From IMG/VR virus record IMGVR_UViG_3300050029_000114, positions 22,052 through 86,051 of that record: 64,000 nucleotides of DNA; one strand, 5' to 3'. Each line of letters opens with the position of its first letter. Position 1 is the first letter of the stretch. The notes beneath the pieces are model-generated. The model worked only from the letters and a program-made list of their open reading frames with translations. It had not been told where the DNA came from and searched no databases. Position numbers and translations under genes: made by a program. Of this stretch, positions 52,365 to 61,042 are shown in pieces. The DNA is from a virus.

Positions 52365-52639
52365 TGGCCTCGGGCCACCGCTGCGATCGCGTGGAACAGC
52401 GTCTCCTCCAGGCGGGTCAGGGCCGTCGACTGCTCCCGGCTAAGCGGGCAAAGCTCCACGATTGCCGTCCCGAACGCCTTAGCGGCCTCCCGCAGCGAAT
52501 CCATCGTCCCGGTTACCTCGGGCCCGGTCGGCGGGTGCAGGGTCAGGTCGTGATCTACGCGCTGGCGTAACTCTTCTCGACGGTCGGAGTCCGGCACTCG
52601 GCTGATCGTGATGCCTTGGCGGACATCTCCCTCGCCCAT
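52361..52639 (-). CDS. Acb2/Tad1-like helical-hairpin protein (putative immune-signal sponge)
   Basis: LTLHPP...LREAAKAFG..IVELCPLSREQSTALTRLEETLFHAIAAVAR. Confidence 0.6.
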   Translation of the reverse strand: MGEGDVRQGITISRVPDSDRREELRQRVDHDLTLHPPTGPEVTGTMDSLREAAKAFGTAIVELCPLSREQSTALTRLEETLFHAIAAVARGQ

Positions 52640-52640
52640 C

Positions 52641-52949
52641 TCAGGCGTCGACCGTGTCGGCGACGGCAAGCTCCGCGAGCGCGCCCGCCCGCCAACCCTT
52701 CAACGGGTGCCCGCAGCCGCAGCCGCTTCCCCGGCTCGCCCTCCACGCCACGCCGTCGGCCGTGAACTCGACCGGGTAGTGCGACGGGTCAAGTGTCCCG
52801 TCGACCTGGCCGTGCCTGAGCACGGTCGGCTGCCGCCCCTTCACCCCGAACGCATAGGCGTGCCCGTCGGCTACGACGAGCCGGACGGTCGAGTGGATCA
52901 CCCCGTCGATGGTGATGTTGGCGGGCCACAGGTCGAACTCGACGTTCAT
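52641..52949 (-). CDS. hypothetical protein with C-terminal GCGCG motif
   Basis: DLWPA.I...GSGCGCGHPLKGW; TACCAT 8 nt before ATG. Confidence 0.65.
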   Translation of the reverse strand: MNVEFDLWPANITIDGVIHSTVRLVVADGHAYAFGVKGRQPTVLRHGQVDGTLDPSHYPVEFTADGVAWRASRGSGCGCGHPLKGWRAGALAELAVADTVDA

Positions 52950-53253
52950 AGCCCGGTATGGTAGGCCACCAGCGGGCTCTCAGCGCGTGACCTGGGGCGC
53001 GGCACCGCCCCCGGGCTGGCTAGGCGGCCGGGGGCGGTGATACTGCCGGGGGGTTCTACCCAGCCAGCAGGTTGTCCCACTTTCCGGTTTCCTTGCGGAT
53101 GTCCTTCTCCCACTTGGGGAGGGCGGCCTCGACATCGAACTTGCCGCGCAGCGCCTCGGCGAGTTTCACGGCGTCGGCCTTCCACTCGCTGTAGCTCGGG
53201 TGGCTCGGGCTCGGGTGAGGGTGTGCCGTCATCCTACCGCGGTTCGTTCGGCT

Positions 53254-53270
53254 TGTCTAGGGTTTTCTAG
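53254..53270 (-). promoter_or_regulatory. CTAG-doublet box CTAGAAAACCCTAGACA
   Basis: TAGACA-N17-TAGGAT. Confidence 0.75.
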
Positions 53271-53565
53271 CGTCGGCTCCCGGGTAGTGCTTGGCGATGA
53301 TCCGGTCGGCCCACTCCCGGAAGTCAGGGTTCTCCGCTCGGCGGGCCTTGCAACGGGCGCACAGGTCGATCGATATCGACACCCACGGCCGGTCGGGCTC
53401 GGGCCACCACCGCTCGATCGACCCAGGTCGCTTGACGGGCTTGTCGCACACGTCGCAGATGATCCGGGGTCGCTGGCCGCGGATACAGATGAACGCGCCA
53501 TCCGGTAGCCGTCCAGCTTCCCCGGGCGCGGGTCGGCGCGCCGGGAGGCTCGGTCGGTCCGTCAT
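53257..53565 (-). CDS. Zn-ribbon protein
   Basis: CDVCDK...DLCARC; ATGA-coupled. Confidence 0.6.
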   Translation of the reverse strand: MTDRPSLPARRPAPGEAGRLPDGAFICIRGQRPRIICDVCDKPVKRPGSIERWWPEPDRPWVSISIDLCARCKARRAENPDFREWADRIIAKHYPGADARKP

Positions 53566-54059
53566 GCCGCGTCCCGTCTCGGTGTCGCCGCCGTCATCAC
53601 GAGCAGGTGCATGGCGAACCGCTCTACCGCCGCGGCCTCGGTCGGGGTAAGGGTCGGGTCGAAGCTCCGGCCCCGCTGGGCGGCCGCGGCGATCGCCTCG
53701 TCGCGGCTCACTGGAGTTTGACGGCCCGGTACAGGTCGCCGTTCTCGCAGGATGACGCCCTCGCCGTTCGGAAGCTCGGCCAACGTCTCGAACATGCACC
53801 CCGTCAGCGTAGGTGCAGTGCCGTTCGGGCTGGGCGTCGAGCCGGGGGCTGGCGGGTCGTACTCCCATACGCCTTCGCCGATGCGGGTCAGGCCGGGCAG
53901 CGGGGTCGGGGTCAAGTGAAGGGCCCGGTACATCGCCCGGAACACCTGAACACGGGCGAGCCCGGTCCGGCGGGCGATGTCGTCAACGAAGATGCGGCCG
54001 GGCCCGTGGGCGGCTACCTCCGCGAACACTAGGGGACTGGTGGAAGTGGAGCGGGTCAT
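53562..54059 (-). CDS. wHTH-like DNA-binding protein
   Basis: VDDIARRTGLARVQV...IGEGVWEY; GAAAGGA RBS. Confidence 0.6.
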   Translation of the reverse strand: MTRSTSTSPLVFAEVAAHGPGRIFVDDIARRTGLARVQVFRAMYRALHLTPTPLPGLTRIGEGVWEYDPPAPGSTPSPNGTAPTLTGCMFETLAELPNGEGVILRERRPVPGRQTPVSRDEAIAAAAQRGRSFDPTLTPTEAAAVERFAMHLLVMTAATPRRDAA

Positions 54060-54110
54060 CGGGTGGTTCCTTTCGGTGAGGGTGGTGCTCGGGTGCTGCC
54101 AGGAGGGGGA

Positions 54111-54377
54111 CTAGAGGCCCCGTTCCATCTGTTGGGCGCGCTGGCGGTTCACGCCCAACGCGTCGGCGATCTGCTGGTAGGTGGCCCCCGCCTGGCGGGC
54201 CGTCGAGATGGCTGCCATCCGGCGGGTGACCACCCGGGCTCGGTTCTCGTCGTACTGCTTGACGGCCGCGTCGGCCTTGACGACCTTGCGGACAGCGGGG
54301 GCGGCCTTCGTCGCCCTCTCTGCCTTCGTCGGCTCTGCGGGGCGGCTGGGGGCTTCTCGTTGGCTTGTGGTGGTCAT
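54111..54377 (-). CDS. HTH DNA-binding protein
   Basis: ARQAGATYQQIADALGVNRQRAQQM. Confidence 0.8.
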   Translation of the reverse strand: MTTTSQREAPSRPAEPTKAERATKAAPAVRKVVKADAAVKQYDENRARVVTRRMAAISTARQAGATYQQIADALGVNRQRAQQMERGL

Positions 54378-55120
54378 TCGCTGTTCCTCTCGTCGTGCTC
54401 GATGGCCTCCTCGTCGGCGCCATCTGCTCGTGCTGCTCCGATCAGCCGTTCCATTGTCTGCGGGCTGAGGGTGATCTGCTGGCGGTAGCTGTCATACGTG
54501 ATGTCATCGCTAGTGAACCCTAGCGCGTGGAGGGGTGGCTTGACGTGCCGGTCGTAGAACGCCTGCGATGCGTCTCGGGCGGCGGCCTCGGCGGCGGCTT
54601 TCTCGCGGTACTTGACAGCGGCGGCGTCCTGCTCGATCTTGAGTAGCCGGTCCCGGCGCCGCAGGTCGGCCCGGTGGATCGCCGCAACACGTTCCTCCTC
54701 GGCGAGCCTGACCAGCCAGTCGGCCCACGGTTCCTTCAAGTCCCGCAGCTGGGCGGCGAACGGAACCCATATCGTCGGGCCGTCGATCTGCAATGTCCGT
54801 TCCTTGCGATGCCAGTACGGGCCTTCGGCTATCTGTGCGTCGGTCCACGGTTCCCCGGTCGCCGGGTCGATCGTGGTCGTGATCTGCGTCTCAACCTCGG
54901 CGGCCACGTACATGCGTGCCGTCTCCCGCCATGTACTCGTCCTCGTGACCGTGAAGCTGTAGCTGCCGTCGTTGTCGACGAGCGTCCACGGCAACCATCT
55001 GGCGTCGGCGTTCCAGTAGTGAAGCTCGGGGTCAAGGGCGATCACCCGGTGCGAGTTGCGGCCAGTGCGCCCCTCGGCATACCGGTAGATGCCGTACCGC
55101 TCTATCTTCTCGCGTCTCAT
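54374..55120 (-). CDS. hypothetical protein
   Basis: start MRREKIERYG after GGAGG; coupled to neighbours. Confidence 0.6.
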   Translation of the reverse strand: MRREKIERYGIYRYAEGRTGRNSHRVIALDPELHYWNADARWLPWTLVDNDGSYSFTVTRTSTWRETARMYVAAEVETQITTTIDPATGEPWTDAQIAEGPYWHRKERTLQIDGPTIWVPFAAQLRDLKEPWADWLVRLAEEERVAAIHRADLRRRDRLLKIEQDAAAVKYREKAAAEAAARDASQAFYDRHVKPPLHALGFTSDDITYDSYRQQITLSPQTMERLIGAARADGADEEAIEHDERNSE

Positions 55121-55602
55121 CGCTGGGCCTCCGCTTCGAACGCCGCAGCGCCAGCGGCGTGCTCGGCGCACCATTCGCTGTCGGGCAGGGCATCCTCGGT
55201 GCAGCGGGCGACGTACGGCCAGTAGCCCGGGTTCACGACGTACTCGCATCGCGGCTGCGCCCGCTTGGTCGCCCGCTCGTAGAGGGCGGCGATCCGGTCG
55301 TCCGCGGCGGCTGTCTCCCGGTCCTTGCGACTCAGCCGTCGGGCGGGGGCGGCGTTGCGTTCCCGTTCGGCGCGGGCTCGCTGCTCGGCAGGCCGGAGCG
55401 GGCCCGCTAGCCGGGCGGCGCGCTGGTCGTCGTTCTCGACCTGCAAGATGTCGCCGACCCGGTACACCCGTTTGCCTACGTCGCCGGGCTGCACCCGGCC
55501 GATAGCCGAACCGAGATGGTGGATATTGCGGCCGACCTGCACCGTCGACTTGTGGACGTGCTCGGCTGCGATCGTGAACAGGAAGATCGGGCGGGCCGTC
55601 AT
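55117..55602 (-). CDS. hypothetical protein with C-terminal Cys3His motif
   Basis: IGRVQPGDVGKRVY; CEY...RC...WCAEH. Confidence 0.6.
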   Translation of the reverse strand: MTARPIFLFTIAAEHVHKSTVQVGRNIHHLGSAIGRVQPGDVGKRVYRVGDILQVENDDQRAARLAGPLRPAEQRARAERERNAAPARRLSRKDRETAAADDRIAALYERATKRAQPRCEYVVNPGYWPYVARCTEDALPDSEWCAEHAAGAAAFEAEAQR

Positions 55603-55947
55603 GGTGTCGTGACCGCCTTCGGGAAGTGCTCCGGGCAGATCGGGCCTTCGGGCGGGTTCTCAACGAGTCGACCTCGGGTCGTCGGCTTCCCGCAACGAGC
55701 GCACTCCGCGTAGAGCGTCCACTCGACCTGCTCGTTCGCCCGGATCAGCAGGTGCGGGACATGCGACTCGAACGCGGACCAGTCGGCCGCGCCTATCGCG
55801 CTGAGCGTCGAGACGCCCATCGTCTCGCCCGCCTGGTAGAGCGCGTCCCGGGCGGTCGCCAAGTGCGACGTACGCCTGGCGGGCCCGCTCGATAGCCCGG
55901 AGAAGGCGCGCCCGGTTCGCTCGGGCCTTGCGTTCCGCGGCGGTCAT
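55599..55947 (-). pseudogene. hypothetical gene split by a +1 frameshift near 55861
   Basis: MTAAERKARANRARLL...AYVAL continues as LATARDALYQAG...CARCG...CPEH only after skipping one base at GCA CTT GGC G. Confidence 0.5.
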
Positions 55948-56120
55948 CGGTGAGCCCAATCGGCCGTGCCGTCCGCGCAGCGAATCGGCTCGCCGCACTC
56001 GGCGCAGAAGCCGCGCAACGGATAATCCTGGCGGGTCGCTCCGTTGACGGACGCGCCCCAGCGGTTAGTGATCGAGCCGGGCACCTGGGCGGGCTCGGGC
56101 TTATGGTCCGTAGTGGACAT
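55944..56120 (-). CDS. small Zn-ribbon protein
   Basis: GAAAGGA RBS; CAECGEPIRC...WAH. Confidence 0.6.
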   Translation of the reverse strand: MSTTDHKPEPAQVPGSITNRWGASVNGATRQDYPLRGFCAECGEPIRCADGTADWAHR

Positions 56121-56178
56121 GGCGGGTTCCTTTCGTGGTGAGGGTGACAGCGGTGATTCTACCGCGGATCGGTCGGCT

Positions 56179-56195
56179 TGTCTAGGGGGTTCTAG
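56179..56195 (-). promoter_or_regulatory. CTAG-doublet box CTAGAACCCCCTAGACA
   Basis: TAGACA-N17-TAGAAT. Confidence 0.75.
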
Positions 56196-56275
56196 CGGCG
56201 GCAGGTGGCGGGAATCGCTCTCGGGGCGGCGGCACACGTGGCAGGCGTCGCCGTCCGGCCAGTAGCGGTGCCGGA

Positions 56276-56809
56276 TCAACGTGCGGCCCGCTCGACCGTG
56301 ACGGGGCATTCGGCGTCGAGGTAGCGGTGCGGCCAGCGGTGCTCCACGAGGAGCGTCACCGTCCCGTCGCTGTTGTCGGTGCGCTCAGCTACCCGCAGCG
56401 GGTCAAGTCCTTCCCGGTGATCGTAGACGCCGACGATCGTGTCTCCGGGCTCGACGTGGCCTGCGGTCGTCTCTAGCCTGACGGGCGCTGGCGGGGCAGG
56501 GCGGGCCTCCTGGCGGGCTCTCGTGGCCTCCTGCCGTTGGCGGCGCTCATCGGCGCGCTCGGTGCAGGGGCGGCCCTGCTGGTGGTATCCGACGCCGAGG
56601 CTGCGGATCGTCTCGCCGCATGCGTCGCAGCGGAGCATCCGGGTCGGCCCGGTGTCTGTCTGCAAGTCAGGGATTCGGGTGAACCCGCGGACGGTTGGGA
56701 GCGTCGACCAGTGGCGGCGTGGCGGTAGCCCTTGATGGATCGGGTCGTTCTCGGTCCGCCAACAATCGCATCGGTCGCCGTCTCGGGGGGTGAACCGGTG
56801 CCGGATCAT
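56276..56809 (-). CDS. hypothetical protein with Zn-binding motifs
   Basis: MIRHRF..DGDRCDC...H; CDACG...H...C. Confidence 0.55.
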   Translation of the reverse strand: MIRHRFTPRDGDRCDCWRTENDPIHQGLPPRRHWSTLPTVRGFTRIPDLQTDTGPTRMLRCDACGETIRSLGVGYHQQGRPCTERADERRQRQEATRARQEARPAPPAPVRLETTAGHVEPGDTIVGVYDHREGLDPLRVAERTDNSDGTVTLLVEHRWPHRYLDAECPVTVERAAR

Positions 56810-57015
56810 CTGGCCGCCCGCTCGGCTGCCACCTTGCGCTGCCATGCCTTGACGGCGGCGAGGGTGGCCGAAATGTTGTCATGAACCTCGGCGGCCCAGC
56901 CAGCGTCTCGCCACGCCGCGGCTTCCCGCTCGGCCCGGTGCTCCGTCCGGAGCGGCCCGACCCAGCCATCACGTCCGTCCCGTTCGCGGCGCACATAGAA
57001 GCTGGGGGCGCTCAT
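56806..57015 (-). CDS. hypothetical protein
   Basis: ATGA-coupled; GWVGPLR...AEREAAAWRDAGW. Confidence 0.6.
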   Translation of the reverse strand: MSAPSFYVRRERDGRDGWVGPLRTEHRAEREAAAWRDAGWAAEVHDNISATLAAVKAWQRKVAAERAAR

Positions 57016-57251
57016 CGGGGCGGCCTGAACCCTCGGGGCATGTACCGCCACTCGATGACGGTCGCGGTGCTCTCGCCGCGGGCGGCGGCACGCTTGTCCT
57101 GCCGTTTCACGGCCCGCACCAGCCGGGTCGGGGTCGTGTGGAACTCGACCTTGCCGTCCGGGTGCATGACGGCCAGCAGGCCGCTGTCGTCCCGCATCCG
57201 CTCGACGATCAGCTTGCGGACCGTCAAGGTCGGGGTCGGTGAGTCGGTCAT
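57012..57251 (-). CDS. hypothetical protein
   Basis: ATGA-coupled ORF. Confidence 0.6.
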   Translation of the reverse strand: MTDSPTPTLTVRKLIVERMRDDSGLLAVMHPDGKVEFHTTPTRLVRAVKRQDKRAAARGESTATVIEWRYMPRGFRPPR

Positions 57252-57487
57252 CGTCCGGTCCCGTCGTAGCGGCGAACGGTGTCCTCGTTCTTCAGGGTGA
57301 CCTCGGTGCGATTGCCGCCAAGGTCACGCAGCGTGACGCGCACGCCGTTCGTCGGCAGTTCACCGTTCCGGGTGTTACGCGGATAGAACACGACGTGCGA
57401 GACGTTACGAACGTATTGGCGGCGGTTGTCGTGACGGATGATGTCGCCCCGGTTCAACCGGAACGCTGGGATCGTGGTGAGGGCCAT
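57248..57487 (-). CDS. small beta-rich (SH3/KOW-like) protein, leaderless
   Basis: IPAFRLNRGDII; TAGGAT 6 nt before ATG. Confidence 0.6.
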   Translation of the reverse strand: MALTTIPAFRLNRGDIIRHDNRRQYVRNVSHVVFYPRNTRNGELPTNGVRVTLRDLGGNRTEVTLKNEDTVRRYDGTGR

Positions 57488-57513
57488 ACGTCCATCCTAC
57501 TCCTCGGCGGTTC

Positions 57514-57530
57514 TGTCTAGGGGTTTCTAG
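57514..57530 (-). promoter_or_regulatory. CTAG-doublet box CTAGAAACCCCTAGACA
   Basis: identical to the 23321 and 61104 copies; spacer to TAGGAT is only 14 nt. Confidence 0.65.
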
Positions 57531-57961
57531 CGCATCCTGTCAAGCTGGCGGCGGAGGGCGGCAAGCTGGCGGGTGATGTCGGGCCGCATGGGCAGCCCGG
57601 CCTCCCGGGACCGCTGGTGGGCCTCCGTCAGAATGTCCTCCCGCATCAGCGCGCGGCCTAGCTCACCCTCCCCGGCGCGGCCTAGCTGGGTCAGGCACTC
57701 CTCCTTCGTGCTTAGGGCGGAGCGGGCGATCCGCTGGCTGTCCGGGTCGGAGTGGTCTACCCGTGCCAGTCTGCGGGCGGTCCGGGCCGCCTCCCGGTAC
57801 CGGCCGACTAGCTGGCGGCGGGTCGCCGTCGACATCACCCGTGGTGGTGGCAGCATGACGCGGACCTGCCCGGACAGGATGCCGTGGAGGCGCGCCTGGG
57901 CCGGGTCCGGCTCCGGTGGCTGTAGCGGCTCCCCCTCGGGCTCGGGTGACGGGTCGGTCAC
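57527..57961 (-). CDS. hypothetical protein
   Basis: GGAGG RBS, GTGA-coupled. Confidence 0.55.
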   Translation of the reverse strand: MTDPSPEPEGEPLQPPEPDPAQARLHGILSGQVRVMLPPPRVMSTATRRQLVGRYREAARTARRLARVDHSDPDSQRIARSALSTKEECLTQLGRAGEGELGRALMREDILTEAHQRSREAGLPMRPDITRQLAALRRQLDRMR

Positions 57962-58209
57962 GGTCCCTCCCCCGCGACGATCAGGGCCATGAGCGACCAT
58001 ATGGCTGCGGCCGAGTGGCCGTTAAGCTCGCCGAGAACGTTGAGAACGCCGGTCAGGCAGGTGGCAAGCTCGACAGCGAGAGCTCGGGGGTCCGGGTCGG
58101 CCTCAATCTCGCCGACCGCGGTGGCGTGATCCTCGGCCAGCATCGCTGTCACGACCCTGAACATCGTGCGGGCCGTCTCGGCGGTCGGCCCGTGGATGGG
58201 GGCGCTCAC
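57958..58209 (-). CDS. hypothetical protein
   Basis: GTGA-coupled; MSAPIHGPTAETARTMF... Confidence 0.55.
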   Translation of the reverse strand: MSAPIHGPTAETARTMFRVVTAMLAEDHATAVGEIEADPDPRALAVELATCLTGVLNVLGELNGHSAAAIWSLMALIVAGEGP

Positions 58210-59675
58210 GTCGGGTCGTCCGGGTTGTCGGGGTTCGCCTTCAACTGCCGGTAGGTGGCGGCCGGGACTTTCCGTTCTGGCAGCCAGTGCGGGGCGCTGG
58301 GCGGCGGGAGCGTGAAGTCGAACACCCGGTGGAAGTCGTAGGCGGTGCCGTCCGGTGTGGTCGGGCTGATAGGCGGCGCATTGAACAACCACTCGATCAG
58401 GGCGTCCACGCTGGTCGTGTCGGCGGGGGTGCTGTCCGTCCAGCCGAGCCGGACGTACGCTCCCTCGAACACGGCCGGGATGCGCAACCCGACGGGTCGG
58501 CCGTTGATGATCTTCTGGCCGACGGTCCGGTCCAGTTCCCCGGTGTAGAAACACCCGCAGTCGTCCCACGTTTTCATGAACACGGCCCCGGCGTGCTGCG
58601 GGCCGCCCTGCATGGCGTTGATCACCCGGGCGGTCATGTTCTCCCCAACCTGCCAACTGTCGAGATTGTGCTGGCTGTAGTTGCCCGCATCGTCCTGGCC
58701 GGGCAAGAAGAAGCTCACCTGGGGCAGCGTGCCGTTCGCGGCGTCAACGAAGTACTGGCTGTCCGGCTTCAAGTTGTTGCCCTCGGCCGTGTAGATGCAA
58801 CTGGCGAAGCTCGGGCAGATCGCAAACTGGTAGCTGCCGACCCCGGGGCTCGCGGCCCCGTAGATACGCCACGTCACCCCGGCGGCATCCAAGTCTTGGA
58901 ACAGGGTCGGTATGTCGGGCTGCACGGCTGACGGCCGGTAGGCGCCCTGGTATCCGGGGATGCCGGGCAAGCTGCTCGTGTAACACGAAGGCTGATAGCT
59001 CGTCACACCGGTCGGGCTGCGCCACTGTGCGTCGTCGTTCCCGTTGCACGCCCAGCGGGCCCCGAGATGGGTGATGCTGCTGTAGGTCGGCAACTGGCCG
59101 GTGAAGCCTTGGGTCTGGCCTGCCGTGGCGAAGTCGGTGTGCCCGGTCCAGCTTGGCACCGGGTTAGCGGAGTGGTAGTTATCCGCGACGGTTCCCTGCT
59201 GCATGAGTGCCGTCTCCGTGAACGCGGCGGAGGCGGTGATGTACTCGTAGCAGTCTCCTCCTCGATGGCCGGGGTTACAGCCGGTCACGGAGGCCCACTG
59301 GTTATTCATCGCCAGCATCTGGCCGGGGACACCGTGATCTATCTCCGGGGGGATATCGCCCTGGACGGTCGGGGTCGCTGTGACCGGAACACCTTTCTTC
59401 GTGAACGTGTGGATGAGGGCGGTCACGTCGAATGGCTGGCCGGTCCGCGGGTCGACGTTACAGGGCGTCGGCCGGGAGACGGTCATGCAGGCGGCGCCTA
59501 GGGCATGGTCAAAGCTGTTGTTCTCGTCAAGCTGGATGATCAGATGACGGATAGGGGTAGGGAGGGCGGCGGCTCGTAGAGACGCCTGGGAGACTCCGGC
59601 TACGGATAGCGCGGAGAGAGCGGCCATCGCCCCTAGCGAGGCTAGAGCGACCGCTCGTACGGTTCTACGGGTCAT
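58206..59675 (-). CDS. secreted phosphoesterase / phospholipase C (PlcH/AcpA-like) family protein
   Basis: RR-containing signal peptide; PIRHLII...ENNSFDH, ADNY, AAGVTWRIY, DAANGTLPQVSF, TWDD.G.FY, GLRIP. Confidence 0.8.
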   Translation of the reverse strand: MTRRTVRAVALASLGAMAALSALSVAGVSQASLRAAALPTPIRHLIIQLDENNSFDHALGAACMTVSRPTPCNVDPRTGQPFDVTALIHTFTKKGVPVTATPTVQGDIPPEIDHGVPGQMLAMNNQWASVTGCNPGHRGGDCYEYITASAAFTETALMQQGTVADNYHSANPVPSWTGHTDFATAGQTQGFTGQLPTYSSITHLGARWACNGNDDAQWRSPTGVTSYQPSCYTSSLPGIPGYQGAYRPSAVQPDIPTLFQDLDAAGVTWRIYGAASPGVGSYQFAICPSFASCIYTAEGNNLKPDSQYFVDAANGTLPQVSFFLPGQDDAGNYSQHNLDSWQVGENMTARVINAMQGGPQHAGAVFMKTWDDCGCFYTGELDRTVGQKIINGRPVGLRIPAVFEGAYVRLGWTDSTPADTTSVDALIEWLFNAPPISPTTPDGTAYDFHRVFDFTLPPPSAPHWLPERKVPAATYRQLKANPDNPDDPT

Positions 59676-59959
59676 GCTGGTGATCCTTCCTTTTCGGTGA
59701 GGGATGCTGCTGGTTTGCCTAGCTCTTGCGCGAGGACCCGGATCGCCTGGGCCATCGTCTCCATTCCTTCCTCGGAGAGCAGATGGCCCGTATGCCAGGA
59801 CCCGCAGAAACAGCAGCGGTAGGCGGCGAGCGGGCGGCCCTCCTCAGTCTTGTTCCGGTTGTAGGCGGCGGCCCGGCGGCGGGCCTCATCCTGGCCTAGC
59901 CGCGGTTTATGACCACAGGCGCGGTCCCGGATCGCTTCGGCCTCCGGGTAGGTGATCAC
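59672..59959 (-). CDS. Zn-finger protein
   Basis: C.HK...A...YRCCFCGSWHTGH. Confidence 0.65.
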   Translation of the reverse strand: MITYPEAEAIRDRACGHKPRLGQDEARRRAAAYNRNKTEEGRPLAAYRCCFCGSWHTGHLLSEEGMETMAQAIRVLAQELGKPAASLTEKEGSPA

Positions 59960-60147
59960 GACGGGTCCTCCCGGCGGCGGAGGAGCAGGTAGATACGACC
60001 CCCTAGCCACGGCCCGAGGAACAGGACCAGGAACAAGCCGCACGCCATCGAGCGGGACCCGCCCAACCCGGCGGCGGTCCCGGCGAATATCCCGGTCACC
60101 CCGAGGAGGACGGCGGAGAGGAACCGGGAGAGGTCACGGCGGGTCAC
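59956..60147 (-). CDS. small membrane protein
   Basis: two hydrophobic segments; GTGA-coupled. Confidence 0.55.
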   Translation of the reverse strand: MTRRDLSRFLSAVLLGVTGIFAGTAAGLGGSRSMACGLFLVLFLGPWLGGRIYLLLRRREDPS

Positions 60148-60374
60148 CGGACCCTCTGACTTTTCCCGCGGCTCCCCCGGATCGGAAGCGCCCATGCCTG
60201 GCGGCGGCGCTCGTAGTCAGCGCGGGCGGCGCGCCGGGTATCGATCTGCTCGATGATCCGGTCCGCGATCAGCCGGTCGGCCTTCGTGGACCGGAGGCCC
60301 CGGAGCACACGCTCCCACTGGCTCTCCGTCAGCGTCACATCCGCGTGGCAGCGGGGTTCGGGAAAGTGCTTCAT
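60144..60374 (-). CDS. hypothetical protein
   Basis: strong GGAGGAGG RBS. Confidence 0.6.
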   Translation of the reverse strand: MKHFPEPRCHADVTLTESQWERVLRGLRSTKADRLIADRIIEQIDTRRAARADYERRRQAWALPIRGSRGKSQRVR

Positions 60375-60509
60375 AGGTATCCTCCTCCTGCCATGTAGGC
60401 GGTCAGGGCGGCAACGATGGCCGCCACGGTATCCGGGTCGGCCTGCTCGGGCCGGGGAGCCCGGAAGCCGGGGCTGTAGGTGCGGGTCGGGGCCAGGATC
60501 GCCGCGCCG

Positions 60510-60842
60510 CTAGCCACGGTCGTCCGTCCACGAAAGAATCTCGTCGGCTCGGGCCAGAAGCTCCCGGTACGCCTCCCACGTGCCCTCGGTCCCGGCGATC
60601 CGGTCGGTGCCCTGCAACGTGTGGAGGGCGGTGTGCGTCGCCCACATCGCGGGCAGGAAGCTGGCGACCGGGTTCCACGTCAGGGTGTTCGGGTTCCACA
60701 CGGCGACGGTCGCGGTCGACTGCTTGGCGTAGTGGGTGTCGTGGTGAATCTGGAAGCGGAGCAGGTGCCCGGTGTGCAGCGTTTCGCCGCTGTCCAAGTC
60801 CCAGCCCTGCCCGTGCTGCGTGACGTTCTGATAGTCGAGCAT
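60510..60842 (-). CDS. hypothetical protein
   Basis: GC3-rich 110-aa ORF in operon. Confidence 0.6.
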   Translation of the reverse strand: MLDYQNVTQHGQGWDLDSGETLHTGHLLRFQIHHDTHYAKQSTATVAVWNPNTLTWNPVASFLPAMWATHTALHTLQGTDRIAGTEGTWEAYRELLARADEILSWTDDRG

Positions 60843-60844
60843 GG

Positions 60845-61042
60845 CTATCGGCTCCTGACCACGGTCACCTGGAACTCGCTGCCGTCGTCCAGTTTCACGA
60901 CGAGCCCGAAGTTGCCGGTCAACACGCCTGCCTCGGCGAAACTGGTCGTGCTCATCACGGCGAACTGCTCGCCGTCGCCCACGCCCAGCAGGTCAGCCTG
61001 CAACGCCTCGGCCACTGCCGCTGCGAACTCGTCCTCGGTCAT
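60845..61042 (-). CDS. small conserved-looking phage protein
   Basis: SFAEAGVLTGNFGLVVKLDDGSEFQVTVVRS; GAAAGGA RBS. Confidence 0.7.
   Translation of the reverse strand: MTEDEFAAAVAEALQADLLGVGDGEQFAVMSTTSFAEAGVLTGNFGLVVKLDDGSEFQVTVVRSR

Noticed and set aside
53056-53232. 58-aa ORF MTAHPHPSPSHPSYSEWK... as a firm gene call
   Set aside because: Its ATG overlaps the predicted -10 (TAGGAT-G), so the start is ambiguous (a later GTG gives 37 aa); plausible but not callable.
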